NCBI GenBank assembly: GCA_964350315.1
Contig: CAYGJD010000007.1
Span: forward strand, 17,487 to 81,486
DNA: 64,000 nt
Reading direction: 5' to 3'
From: an uncultured bacterium
Lineage (GTDB): Bacteria > Chlamydiota > Chlamydiia > Chlamydiales > 2-12-FULL-49-11
The notes beneath the pieces were generated by a model, which made no database searches, was not told the DNA's origin, and worked only from the letters and a program-made list of their open reading frames with translations. Below are positions 9,210 through 17,927 of the stretch, piece by piece. Each line of letters begins with the position of its first letter. Position 1 is the stretch's first letter. The translations under genes were made by a program, and so were the position numbers.

Positions 9210-10281
9210 TATTCAAGATCGTTAAAACGATAATAACAGGATAGGCAAATGTAATAGGATAGTGAATTAACATCATGATTCCGTCAAAGCCCACAGGAGC
9301 CATTAGTGTTGCAATAACAAGTTGTAGAACTAGAATAGATCTGTAAGATGCCCGGCCCTTTAAAATTTGGTGAGAGACAATCTGAGCGATGGTCATCACC
9401 AAGCTGATCACAGTAGTAAGGCAAGCAAGGGCAATTGCCATATTGGCAACAAGGCCAAGAGTTGGTCCCAATGCAGCAATAGAAAGATGCGTCATTAATT
9501 GAGCAGGGGGGATGCCAACAAGATATGGCGCGTAGACTGCTGCTGCATGAATGAGTCCAAAATAGATTAAACCTAAGAAAAAGCAGCCTAATAAGCCTGC
9601 CTTTAGGGTCGTTGTAAAGGTGTGTTTTGCTGACTTATCTTTTGAATGAATCTCTATCATCGTCCATATTCCAGCTGAAAAGTAGATAGAGGCAATCAAA
9701 TCCATCGTGTTATAGCCAGTGGTGATTCCAGCGCCAAAAGCATGCGCTGCTGTCATAGCATGGTGGTTTGCAATTGGGGCAATAGGAGAGAGAATACTTT
9801 GCCCGATAATCAATAAGAGGCAACCGATTAGAAGGGGAGAGAGCACATAGCCAAGCACAGGTAGTAGGTATTTTCGTTTAAAACATAGAATCAATCCTAG
9901 AATGCAGAAAACAGGGGCAAAGATCCAAAGAGATAATTCAGGTATGATTGGAGTAATTGCAGCGTGAGCAACGGTTATACATCTTGGCAGGACAGCAAAT
10001 GGGCCAAGAAGTGCAAGAGTGACTCCTATGAGAATGCCCCCACCAATCTTACCGGCCCGACCGAAGAACTGCGTGCAGTGGCCACGATAGAGGGTTCCCC
10101 CTAACAATCCAAGAAGTGGTCCGCCAATCCCTGTTAAAAGTAGGCCGCCAAAAGCCCATCCAAAATGGGTTCCAGCTTGCATGCCCAATATTAGAGGAAA
10201 AATCGCGTTCCCAGCCCCAAAAAACATCGAGAAAATCGCAATAGCCATGGAGAAAATTGTTTTAGTGAAAAAGCTGCGCAT
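9169..10281 (-). CDS. brnQ: branched-chain amino acid transport system II carrier (LIVCS family)
   Basis: N-terminal FSMFFGAGNAIFPLILG signature and a polytopic profile. At 370 aa it is shorter than typical BrnQ. Confidence 0.8.
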   Translation of the reverse strand: MRSFFTKTIFSMAIAIFSMFFGAGNAIFPLILGMQAGTHFGWAFGGLLLTGIGGPLLGLLGGTLYRGHCTQFFGRAGKIGGGILIGVTLALLGPFAVLPRCITVAHAAITPIIPELSLWIFAPVFCILGLILCFKRKYLLPVLGYVLSPLLIGCLLLIIGQSILSPIAPIANHHAMTAAHAFGAGITTGYNTMDLIASIYFSAGIWTMIEIHSKDKSAKHTFTTTLKAGLLGCFFLGLIYFGLIHAAAVYAPYLVGIPPAQLMTHLSIAALGPTLGLVANMAIALACLTTVISLVMTIAQIVSHQILKGRASYRSILVLQLVIATLMAPVGFDGIMMLIHYPITFAYPVIIVLTILNIIYKLRRRDLLPS

Positions 10282-10396
10282 CTAAGTCTTCCAAAGTAGT
10301 AATCATTTTTTAAGCAAAAAGATAGTTAGAGGGGGTGTTTTCGCTCATAATAGGAAATATTTTATCATTTTTTGGGGTAAAAGTCAAGTCTTAGGC

Positions 10397-10681
10397 CTAA
10401 TCCTTCCAGTTTTGCCACTTAAGTAGGTGAGGGTTACGTTTGCTTTCGGGCGTGTTTGCATAATAAACAGAGAGCCTAAAGACGTAGAGCATACACCTAC
10501 AGACCTTTTTACCCTGATATTCGCACAGATTTTCATACATGAGTTCAGGATTTTCAGGTTTAAGGCTAGAGATTGATCGGTAGCCAAGATCCCATAAATC
10601 GTTTGCAACAGCCTTTCCAACACCAGGCATTTCGCGGAATTCTTCTAAGACGTCTTTTTTAATGTATCTCTTAATGGCCAC
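10397..10681 (-). CDS. helix-hairpin-helix protein, Cdd1 ('pathogenicity locus') family-like
   Basis: MPGVGKAVANDLWDLGYRSISSLKPENPELMYENLCEYQGKKVCRCMLYVFR matches my recollection of the Cdd1 HhH family pattern. Confidence 0.55.
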   Translation of the reverse strand: MAIKRYIKKDVLEEFREMPGVGKAVANDLWDLGYRSISSLKPENPELMYENLCEYQGKKVCRCMLYVFRLSVYYANTPESKRNPHLLKWQNWKD

Positions 10682-11090
10682 AGCTACAGTCTGTACATGC
10701 TTGCATTGGGCTGCAAATTTCGATCAAGATTCCATTTGGATCTTGGACATATGCGTCTCGTTGTCCCCAAGGCTTGTTTGAAGGTTCTGAAACGACGATA
10801 GCACCTGCTTTGACTGCCTGTTTAAATGTTGCATCAACATCTTTAACAGCAAAAGCAATTTCCATTGCAAAGGGAGGCTTAGCTTTGTCAAATTTTGTGA
10901 CATCTTTGCCCAAATTACTTTTTGCAAATTCAAGATCAACAAAACCAAGGGCTGTTGTTCCAGTATCTAATTGTGCGTAAACACCACTTTCGTCAATAAA
11001 TGCAGTTTCAACACCAAATGCTTCTTCAAAAAAAAGCAGAGTTTTTTCTAAATCTTCTACATAAAAAAGAATATTACTTAAAGTTACCAT
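10671..11090 (-). CDS. VOC (glyoxalase/bleomycin-resistance/dioxygenase) family protein
   Basis: Paired beta-alpha-beta-beta-beta pattern: ILFYVEDLEKTLLFFEEAFG ... WGQRDAYVQDPNGILIEI. Cys-rich tail CSPMQACTDCSCGH. Confidence 0.75.
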   Translation of the reverse strand: MVTLSNILFYVEDLEKTLLFFEEAFGVETAFIDESGVYAQLDTGTTALGFVDLEFAKSNLGKDVTKFDKAKPPFAMEIAFAVKDVDATFKQAVKAGAIVVSEPSNKPWGQRDAYVQDPNGILIEICSPMQACTDCSCGH

Positions 11091-11133
11091 GAGTAAATTT
11101 TAAAGAAAGATCGATTTTCTTACAATAAGAAGG

Positions 11134-11892
11134 TTACTGGGTGAGCTTTTTTTCTTGTTCTAGATTGCAGATTTCAGAAGAGAGGATTTTTGTTGTAAGA
11201 AAACGTTTGGCTTTTTTAACAGCGTCGCGATTTTGACAAATCCAACTATGTCCTGCTCTGCAACCTTTGTGATAGTGTTTTGTCGGTAAACAAGTTTCAT
11301 TAAAGGCAACTTTCCCATCATTGATTCCTTCAATAGAAGGATTCCATCCAACAGTTCCGCCGATGACAAGAATAGGCATCCCAGCAGGAAAATTTCCAAT
11401 ATGATCAAAGCCATCAACAGGCGTGCTCAATAATTCTTTACCAGATTTTTCTCCCACATACCATCGGATCAAAGCATAGTTTGAAAGAAATCGGGCATAA
11501 CAAGAACCTCGGTTTGGAGGGGCAATTAATACAGCCCGTCCGATCTTTGCTTCTGGAGGACAATCAGGATTATTGAGAGCTCCTCTAACAACTAAACCGC
11601 CCATGGAATGAGTGACAAAGCTGATCGGTTTACCTGGGTTTTTTTGAGAAATTTTCTTCAGTTCTAGAACAAGAGCCGCAGAGTGATCTTGGATACTCTT
11701 TTTTCTACTTGGATATCCCCAATTGAGAACTTCCCAATCATCTTGATGAAGAGTGTATTCAATAGCAGACATATTCATACGCGATCTCAAGAAACCGTGA
11801 ACTAGAACAACGCTTCCTGATTTAGGCTCAACTGTGTTCGCAAAAGCTCCTAGAGGGAGGATAAAAAAAAGGAATCGAATAAGATTTTTCAT
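11134..11892 (-). CDS. secreted alpha/beta-hydrolase (lipase/esterase-like)
   Basis: Start trimmed to MKNLIRFLFFILPLGAFA (signal peptide). VVLVHGF and the nucleophile elbow THSMGG are present. Confidence 0.7.
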   Translation of the reverse strand: MKNLIRFLFFILPLGAFANTVEPKSGSVVLVHGFLRSRMNMSAIEYTLHQDDWEVLNWGYPSRKKSIQDHSAALVLELKKISQKNPGKPISFVTHSMGGLVVRGALNNPDCPPEAKIGRAVLIAPPNRGSCYARFLSNYALIRWYVGEKSGKELLSTPVDGFDHIGNFPAGMPILVIGGTVGWNPSIEGINDGKVAFNETCLPTKHYHKGCRAGHSWICQNRDAVKKAKRFLTTKILSSEICNLEQEKKLTQ

Positions 11893-11929
11893 GCGATCAA
11901 TTATAGTTTGGAGAGGGTTAAAGTGCAAA
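11882..11929 (+). repeat. 48-bp perfect direct repeat, copy 1 (covers the start codon and 5' region of the lipase-like gene)
   Basis: agatttttcatgcgatcaattatagtttggagagggttaaagtgcaaa is identical to 13571-13618. Confidence 0.95.
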
Positions 11930-12033
11930 TCCATAGGTTTTTATGTCTAGGCTGCTTTTCAGAAAAACTTTTATAAATCCAGATAAAACTAAAACACCTT
12001 TGAAATAATTCAGAATATAAATAATTTTAAAAC

Positions 12034-13224
12034 ATGATCAATCAAACTAATAAGCCATCTTTCATGGCAGCCTTAATTATCAGCGCAGTAGCTTTAGGAA
12101 ATGCTGGAAGCACTCTTTATCTTCCTGCTATGGTAGAGATGGCAAGAGACTTAGGGACAACGGGCAGCGCAATTAAACTAACTCTTTCTTGCTACTTGAT
12201 TTCTTTTGGGTTTTCTCAACTTATATATGGCCCATTATCAGATGCTTTTGGAAGAAAAGTCAATTTGATCTCCGGCTTCCTTATATTCATGGTGGGAAGT
12301 TTTGTTAGTATGTTCGCTAATTCAATAGAAATCCTTATCATAGGGCGGGTTATTGAAGGCGCGGGTATTGGAACTGCAAATAGTGTTGGATATGCGCTTA
12401 TAAGAGATGTTTTCTCTGGAAATCAGTTGCGGCGTTGTCTTTCTTACTTAAGCATTTTTATTGGAATAGCATCCATCACTGCCCCTTTAGTAGGAGGGTA
12501 TTTAACTGAATATGCTGGGTGGAGATCTTGTTTTGCTATGTTAATTTTTATATGCTTTGTGCTTTTAGTTTTAAAGCTTTTGTTTCTCCCTGAAACAAAT
12601 AAAAACTTAAATCGAGATGCCGCACATCCAAAAGTTGCTCTAAGGAATTATAAATTTCTCCTAAAAAGCAAAGAAGTGATGCGATATGTTATTTCTGCAT
12701 CTATTGGATTTGCAGCTCTTCTTGTAATCAATGCTATGCTTCCTTTTATTGTGATAGATAGACTACATGTCTCTCCATCAAAGTACGGATTATTAAATAT
12801 GTGTATTGGAGCAGGCTATGTTTTAGGAGCTTTTTGTGGATCAGCCATTTCCCATCGTGTTTCAAAATTTCGTACAGTTGTTATAGGCATAGTTTTAGCA
12901 ATGTGTTTAACGATATTCAGTCTAATTTTTACTGGTTACTTTTTCAATGTTGGTACAGTAATTGGGAGCTGCACCATGATTTTATTTGGTATTGGGTTTA
13001 TTGTGCCAACGTCGTCTAGTGGAGCAATGGAACCATTTCCTCAACTTGCTGGGAGCGAGGCTGCTCTTCTTGGGTCAATGATGTTCTCAGTTTCAGCTCT
13101 TTTTACAGCAGCAGCATCACATCTTTCAGGAAACACGGCAGCTCCAATGAATTTTCTTTTAATTGGAATGTTTTTATTATTATTTATCTCATTTATTTTT
13201 CTACGTAAAACCAAAAAGGCTTAA
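12034..13224 (+). CDS. MFS drug efflux transporter, Bcr/CflA subfamily
   Basis: LYLPAMVEMARDLGTTGSAIKLTLSCYLISFGFSQLIYGPLSDAFGRK is the characteristic Bcr/CflA N-terminal region; 12 TM segments. Confidence 0.85.
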   Translation: MINQTNKPSFMAALIISAVALGNAGSTLYLPAMVEMARDLGTTGSAIKLTLSCYLISFGFSQLIYGPLSDAFGRKVNLISGFLIFMVGSFVSMFANSIEILIIGRVIEGAGIGTANSVGYALIRDVFSGNQLRRCLSYLSIFIGIASITAPLVGGYLTEYAGWRSCFAMLIFICFVLLVLKLLFLPETNKNLNRDAAHPKVALRNYKFLLKSKEVMRYVISASIGFAALLVINAMLPFIVIDRLHVSPSKYGLLNMCIGAGYVLGAFCGSAISHRVSKFRTVVIGIVLAMCLTIFSLIFTGYFFNVGTVIGSCTMILFGIGFIVPTSSSGAMEPFPQLAGSEAALLGSMMFSVSALFTAAASHLSGNTAAPMNFLLIGMFLLLFISFIFLRKTKKA

Positions 13225-13227
13225 AAA

Positions 13228-13542
13228 ATGTACCGTCATATTGTTCTATATACTTATAAAAATGATGTCACTAAAGAAGAAATTAAGAAAATTTATAACG
13301 ATTTAGAAGAAATCAGTGCTCGTTTAGAGGGTAGAATTTCCTACACTTGGGGAACTTATGATAGCGATGAAGGGCGAAATAAGGGGTATACACATGCACT
13401 TATTACTGATTTTAAAGATAGAAAGTGTCGGGATGCCTTTCTCAATGACCCGATTCGCATAGCCTTTTCAAAGCAAGAAGTATTACCTCGAATGGAGCGT
13501 GGTGTCGATTCCATCATCTCTTTTGATTTCATTTGGGAATAA
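13228..13542 (+). CDS. Dabb (stress-responsive A/B barrel) domain protein
   Basis: HIVLYTYKNDVTKEEIKKI ... YTHALITDFKDRKCRDAFLNDP, about 100 aa; lies 3 nt after the efflux gene. Confidence 0.8.
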   Translation: MYRHIVLYTYKNDVTKEEIKKIYNDLEEISARLEGRISYTWGTYDSDEGRNKGYTHALITDFKDRKCRDAFLNDPIRIAFSKQEVLPRMERGVDSIISFDFIWE

Positions 13543-13570
13543 AATTAGGTACTACAAGTTTAATTGAATT

Positions 13571-13618
13571 AGATTTTTCATGCGATCAATTATAGTTTGG
13601 AGAGGGTTAAAGTGCAAA
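13571..13618 (+). repeat. 48-bp perfect direct repeat, copy 2
   Basis: Identical to 11882-11929. The minus-strand ATG inside it opens only a 9-codon remnant (MKNLIQLNL, then stop). Confidence 0.95.
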
Positions 13619-13640
13619 GCTATAGATGTTCGCCTGTAGT

Positions 13641-14858
13641 TTAGTTATCAGCCAGTCTTGCATATTGGTCGCTTAGTTGGAATTTATTCCACCAATCTTG
13701 AACAAGGTGCCAATCTCTATCATCTTGAGGAGTACGAATTCTTTTTTTGTCTGGATGATTTATGAGTGCATAGGCTTTATAAGCTTTTCTATAACTATAT
13801 TTTGTATTTAGAGATTTCTTCTCATGATTGATTAATTCAAGTGCGGCTTCAGTCTGCTTTTCATCGCCTTTTGCGAAGGGATTATAAAAGTCAAAATTAA
13901 TGTTTTCATCGTCGCAAAACGAATAAAAATCGTAACGAGTGTCTGATTCTTGATAATCAACAATTCCAAGACTTTCTCGAAAATAGGTTTTGATCTCTGG
14001 TTGAGTTTTTTTACTGAACATTATTTTAATTCCAGCAAGAGATCCGTATTTCTTGAAAAGAGATTTTACATTTTCAAGACTCTGCTCGCCGCAAAAATAG
14101 TAAAATCCTGTGAAACCAAAAGAGTCTACATGATTCAAAACAGTAGGATCCAGGTCAACAAGAAGCTCTACTGTTGAAGCATCTGCAAAACGGCAAGCCT
14201 CTATAAATGGGGTTCGTATATTGCTTGGTCTTAGATTGTGGTCTCCAATTTGTTCTGAAAGAAAACTAGGGTCAAGGGAATGGAGCCATTTTATAACTTC
14301 TTTATTGCCAAGTGCACAAGCATGCATAAAAGCTGAAGCATTGTTAGGAAAAGAGCGTTCTTTAAGGACGTTCGGATCGAGTGCATACATTGCTTTCATT
14401 TCTTCAAAAGAGGAGGGGTTGGAGCTTAATTTAATAAAGTGAGGAAAAGATAGCTTATTTTCTTTCATGTAGTAAGCGTGATCGCTTTTTTTGAAATATT
14501 GAATTGTCATTATTGCCAATGCAATTAAGGGAAGAATGATTGTGATGTAGGAAACAATTTTCACTGCCGTATAAAACAGATGTTTCCAAGAGGTGCATTT
14601 TTCCAATTCAATTAAATGATACTTGTTTTCGTGTGTCTTTGTAACTTTTCCTAAGTATGTATAATCTGAAAGATAGGCTTGAGCAATGCGAGAGATCCCT
14701 TCCCAGCTAAATTTTTCTTTAGGGATGATGGCTGTGTCAGTAAAAAAAGTGTCTCCTAAACGAGAATAAGGTCCTTCATTGAGGGGGCCTTGCAAAACAA
14801 ACGTATTCATTCTTTTAAGTCTCTTGTTATGAGTTGCATTCTGGAAGGAATTATACAC
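13641..14858 (-). CDS. membrane-anchored ankyrin-repeat protein with a C-terminal J-domain-like segment
   Basis: TM/anchor TAVKIVSYITIILPLIALAIMTIQYF. ANK-like units SAFMHACALGNKEVIKWLHSLDP and TPFIEACRFADASTVELLVDLDP. C-terminal YRKAYKAYALINHPDKK carries an HPD tripeptide. An alternative start at 14810 (MNTFVLQGPL) aligns with the N-terminus of the 60755-62437 protein. Confidence 0.6.
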   Translation of the reverse strand: MYNSFQNATHNKRLKRMNTFVLQGPLNEGPYSRLGDTFFTDTAIIPKEKFSWEGISRIAQAYLSDYTYLGKVTKTHENKYHLIELEKCTSWKHLFYTAVKIVSYITIILPLIALAIMTIQYFKKSDHAYYMKENKLSFPHFIKLSSNPSSFEEMKAMYALDPNVLKERSFPNNASAFMHACALGNKEVIKWLHSLDPSFLSEQIGDHNLRPSNIRTPFIEACRFADASTVELLVDLDPTVLNHVDSFGFTGFYYFCGEQSLENVKSLFKKYGSLAGIKIMFSKKTQPEIKTYFRESLGIVDYQESDTRYDFYSFCDDENINFDFYNPFAKGDEKQTEAALELINHEKKSLNTKYSYRKAYKAYALINHPDKKRIRTPQDDRDWHLVQDWWNKFQLSDQYARLADN

Positions 14859-14993
14859 TTATGATTATTTAAATTCAATTGAGAGGAGCTTTACATCTCG
14901 TGTCAATAATGAACGAAATGCAATGTTTAGGTGTGTAGTTTTTTTTTGATATAAAAATTTATATGAATCTAATGTTTGCTACACTAAAAATAG

Positions 14994-15758
14994 CTATTTA
15001 GTTTTAGTCCCAGCTATCACTGTAACTGGTGGGCATGAGAGGTAGGATGGTTTAGAAACAGTAAATTCCACATTTTCTTGAGTCGCAAAGAACTGAACAT
15101 ATTGCTTTGTGGCAAAGATGTCAGAGATCACAAAACGACCACCTGGTTTGAGTGTGCGAAGCAGCTCTTTAAGAGCAATAATGCGTCCTTTTTCATCAGA
15201 GATGTTATGAATGGCAAGGTTTGAAATAATGATATCAAACTTATCATCAGCAAAGGGGATGTCACACATATCAGCTGTTTGTAGATCGATACGATCATTG
15301 ATTCCAAGAATTTCTGCATTTGCCCATGTAGCATTTTCTGAATTGTTGGATTGATCACGATTCAACCAAAGGTCTATCCCATAAACATGGCCTGTTGTAA
15401 CTCTCTTTGCAGCTTCGCAGAGAAAAATCCCTTTCCCACACCCCATATCAAGTATTACTTCATTACCTGTGAGTTTTAGGTCGTCAATGAGAGTTGCAAG
15501 ATGCTTTGGCTTGAAAACCCAAGAAGTATAAACCATCCAGAGGGCAGTTAAAGCAAAAGTTAAGGAAGAAAGGATTCCTTCTACTAAGAGGACCCAAAAT
15601 ATTATTCGATGATTGATTAACACAACAGAGCAGGTCATTAACGAGAAGAGAATGGCAATAAGAAAGAGATTTCTTATGACAGTTGGGGCATCTGTTCCAA
15701 AATTAGTTTTTTTTAGTGTGGCCGTCATCGTTTTCATAGTTGCAAAGCCTACAATCAT
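14994..15758 (-). CDS. membrane-anchored class I SAM-dependent methyltransferase
   Basis: Two N-terminal TM segments, then ILDMGCGKGIF (motif I), VYGIDL, FDIIISNLAIHNI and LKPGGRFVISD. Confidence 0.75.
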   Translation of the reverse strand: MIVGFATMKTMTATLKKTNFGTDAPTVIRNLFLIAILFSLMTCSVVLINHRIIFWVLLVEGILSSLTFALTALWMVYTSWVFKPKHLATLIDDLKLTGNEVILDMGCGKGIFLCEAAKRVTTGHVYGIDLWLNRDQSNNSENATWANAEILGINDRIDLQTADMCDIPFADDKFDIIISNLAIHNISDEKGRIIALKELLRTLKPGGRFVISDIFATKQYVQFFATQENVEFTVSKPSYLSCPPVTVIAGTKTK

Positions 15759-15819
15759 GACAATTTTTGTGCAATCTTTTCATTTAGAGTAAAAGATCGT
15801 GGAAGAGATTAGGGTTAGT

Positions 15820-16335
15820 TTAGATTAGTTTGGCTTTCCAAAGATCATTGATTTGAGTGAAGTGTACAAGGGCACAATTGTCTATATTCCAAGGATGGTC
15901 TGTGATTTTTAGGTGGTGGCAGAAAGCGTAGTGAATCCCTCCATGCGCTACGATGAGCGATGGGCCTGGATGGTTTAGGGCTTCTGCGAGTCCTTTTTTT
16001 GCTTGTTCAAAGAAAGGAGAGACGATTTCACAAGGTTCGTGGTGGACCTCAAGTTTGATAATTTTATGCCATTCATCAGCAGAACATTCTTTTAAAGTTT
16101 CGATTTTAATTCGAGCGCATGCGTGATCAGCTGTTGCGTGATGCATTGTTTCAAGGACACGGACCATAGGGGAGTGGCAGATTGTTTTGATGGGCAAGTT
16201 TGCCACAATACGGCGAACTTCTTTTGCTTGTTGCGCACCAGTTTCGTTTAGGGGCAAGTCCTTCCCACATCCTGCAAAAACTTTTTTTGCATTGAAATCA
16301 GTCTGACCGTGTCTAAGTAAATAAAATTCTTTCAT
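15820..16335 (-). CDS. histidine phosphatase (phosphoglycerate mutase) family protein
   Basis: Start trimmed to MKEFYLLRHGQTDFN (RHG motif); later VAHGGIH. Confidence 0.75.
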   Translation of the reverse strand: MKEFYLLRHGQTDFNAKKVFAGCGKDLPLNETGAQQAKEVRRIVANLPIKTICHSPMVRVLETMHHATADHACARIKIETLKECSADEWHKIIKLEVHHEPCEIVSPFFEQAKKGLAEALNHPGPSLIVAHGGIHYAFCHHLKITDHPWNIDNCALVHFTQINDLWKAKLI

Positions 16336-16399
16336 AGCGCAAGTATGAGGGATGAAGATTTTTTTTCCAAAGAGAAAATATTTCTTATTACCTCTTGAT

Positions 16400-17167
16400 T
16401 CATTCAATTCCAAAAGATTTTTTTGCTATCAAATATGTTGTAGCAAATATTGCAGTTCCTAAGCTTTTGGGCTTCCATCCTCGCATCAAAACTTTTCCGC
16501 ATTCAAAAATGCGATGTGTGAGTGGATCAGCTCTAGTTGTTGTGATGATCGGGACATCATGTTGTAACATAGTAAATGCTGAATCAGCTGGGTGGACAAT
16601 AATACTTCCTAATCCACCACCGGTAAAGGCAGCGATATATGCATTGAACCAATTTTCACCAAATTTTTGATTCAATTTGGCTTCAAGTGGTGCGCTTCCT
16701 CGAATTGAAAATAAAAATCCTGTTTCACGTACAGAAACAGCCTTTATCTGAAGAGGTTTTAAACGTAGGACAGATTTCCAAAATCCTTTACCAGCGGTCT
16801 TTCCATTATATCCAGCAAGAGCCCATGATGTTGAAGCACCAACAATTAGGGAGCTTGTTACTGTAAATTTTGTTGTGTCTGGCTCCATATAGTGAGCTAA
16901 GTACTTTTCTACCTTGTCTTGCATCAATGTTTGAGAGCCAACAATAATAGCGACAGATGGTGCTCCCTCAATAACACCTCGAGTGAGAGCGCTTTTTAAG
17001 GTTTGTTTAGGGATTTCATTTCCGAGTTGCAGAGCAGATTTTTGTATCCATGCCCAATAGCAAGGGATGATAGCTGTGCCAGCAGCTATTGGCTTTGCAG
17101 CTTTAAACCAGCATTCTTGTCCGAAGCTTGTAAATGGGCCTCCGGGGCCACAAGGAGATGTTTTCAT
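16400..17167 (-). CDS. hypothetical membrane protein; the C-terminal third resembles a mitochondrial-carrier repeat
   Basis: 255-aa ORF. The segment AAFTGGGLGSIIVHPADSAFTMLQ ... LMRGWKPKSLGTAIFATTYLIAKKSF resembles a single MCF repeat; the other two thirds match only weakly. Confidence 0.4.
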   Translation of the reverse strand: MKTSPCGPGGPFTSFGQECWFKAAKPIAAGTAIIPCYWAWIQKSALQLGNEIPKQTLKSALTRGVIEGAPSVAIIVGSQTLMQDKVEKYLAHYMEPDTTKFTVTSSLIVGASTSWALAGYNGKTAGKGFWKSVLRLKPLQIKAVSVRETGFLFSIRGSAPLEAKLNQKFGENWFNAYIAAFTGGGLGSIIVHPADSAFTMLQHDVPIITTTRADPLTHRIFECGKVLMRGWKPKSLGTAIFATTYLIAKKSFGIE

Positions 17168-17366
17168 AAGGACCTCTTTTTTTTAGATAAATTCCTCTTT
17201 CGACGTAAGATCTTAATCAAAGCTTTATATTGTACAAAAAATACCTTAACAGTGTCAATTTATTTTCTAAAATAAATTTTCAAAGTCTAACCTGTTTTTG
17301 TGAAATCGTTTTTAATTATGAAGTTTGATATACTATTACTATGTCTTTACAGAATGAGAGCGTTAC

Positions 17367-17903
17367 GTGGTGGATCTTAATTTAAATGATTTTAGACCAA
17401 TTTCTTCTTGGAATGATGAAATAGGTGGTAGACTGTGGCTAAATCCCGAAGTGGGGCCTATGTATACTGAAGTGGGGCCTATGTATACTATTGATGAGTC
17501 GACTTCTAGAAAATATTTGAATCAACGAGCCCAGGTCTTAGTAATAAAAAATTTCCTTTTGGTTTTAGGCTCGCCAATTGCACAAATTTATTTTCTATCA
17601 GCAAAATCGCTCTATCTAATCAGAGATCTATTTATCAATTTACTCTGCTGCAATGTAGCATCATTAAAGAATAGGATTTGGCAAGTAAGTAGAAATGTTG
17701 GAGTACTTGTTTCAATGCCTCTCATTTACGTTCTTCTAGAGCTTTCTGCGCTATATGGTCTTGTAAGGCCATTTGATGGAAGAAAACTCTATGCATCGTT
17801 TGAAAGGTTAGCCGGAGATTTCGATTATCTAGCCCCTTGCTTTCAGCCTGAACCTGAGCGCCATTTATTTGGTGGAGCCATTGATGCAAGAGATGCTTTT
17901 TAG
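17367..17903 (+). CDS. hypothetical membrane protein
   Basis: GTG-start ORF with two hydrophobic segments. It contains an in-frame 21-bp tandem duplication (EVGPMYT twice). Confidence 0.45.
   Translation: MVDLNLNDFRPISSWNDEIGGRLWLNPEVGPMYTEVGPMYTIDESTSRKYLNQRAQVLVIKNFLLVLGSPIAQIYFLSAKSLYLIRDLFINLLCCNVASLKNRIWQVSRNVGVLVSMPLIYVLLELSALYGLVRPFDGRKLYASFERLAGDFDYLAPCFQPEPERHLFGGAIDARDAF
17448..17489 (+). repeat. perfect 2 x 21-bp tandem duplication inside a CDS
   Basis: gaagtggggcctatgtatact occurs at 17448-17468 and again at 17469-17489. Confidence 0.95.
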
Positions 17904-17927
17904 GTTTTGAGTTATTCCATTAGATAT

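Noticed and set aside
10384-10623. 79-aa ORF overlapping the HhH (Cdd1-like) gene in another frame
   Set aside because: The competing frame (10397-10681) has a recognisable HhH motif pattern; this one has none.
16395-16670. 91-aa plus-strand ORF overlapping the 3' end of the 16400-17167 gene
   Set aside because: It is antisense to a longer ORF. There is no RBS, and the product has no motif.
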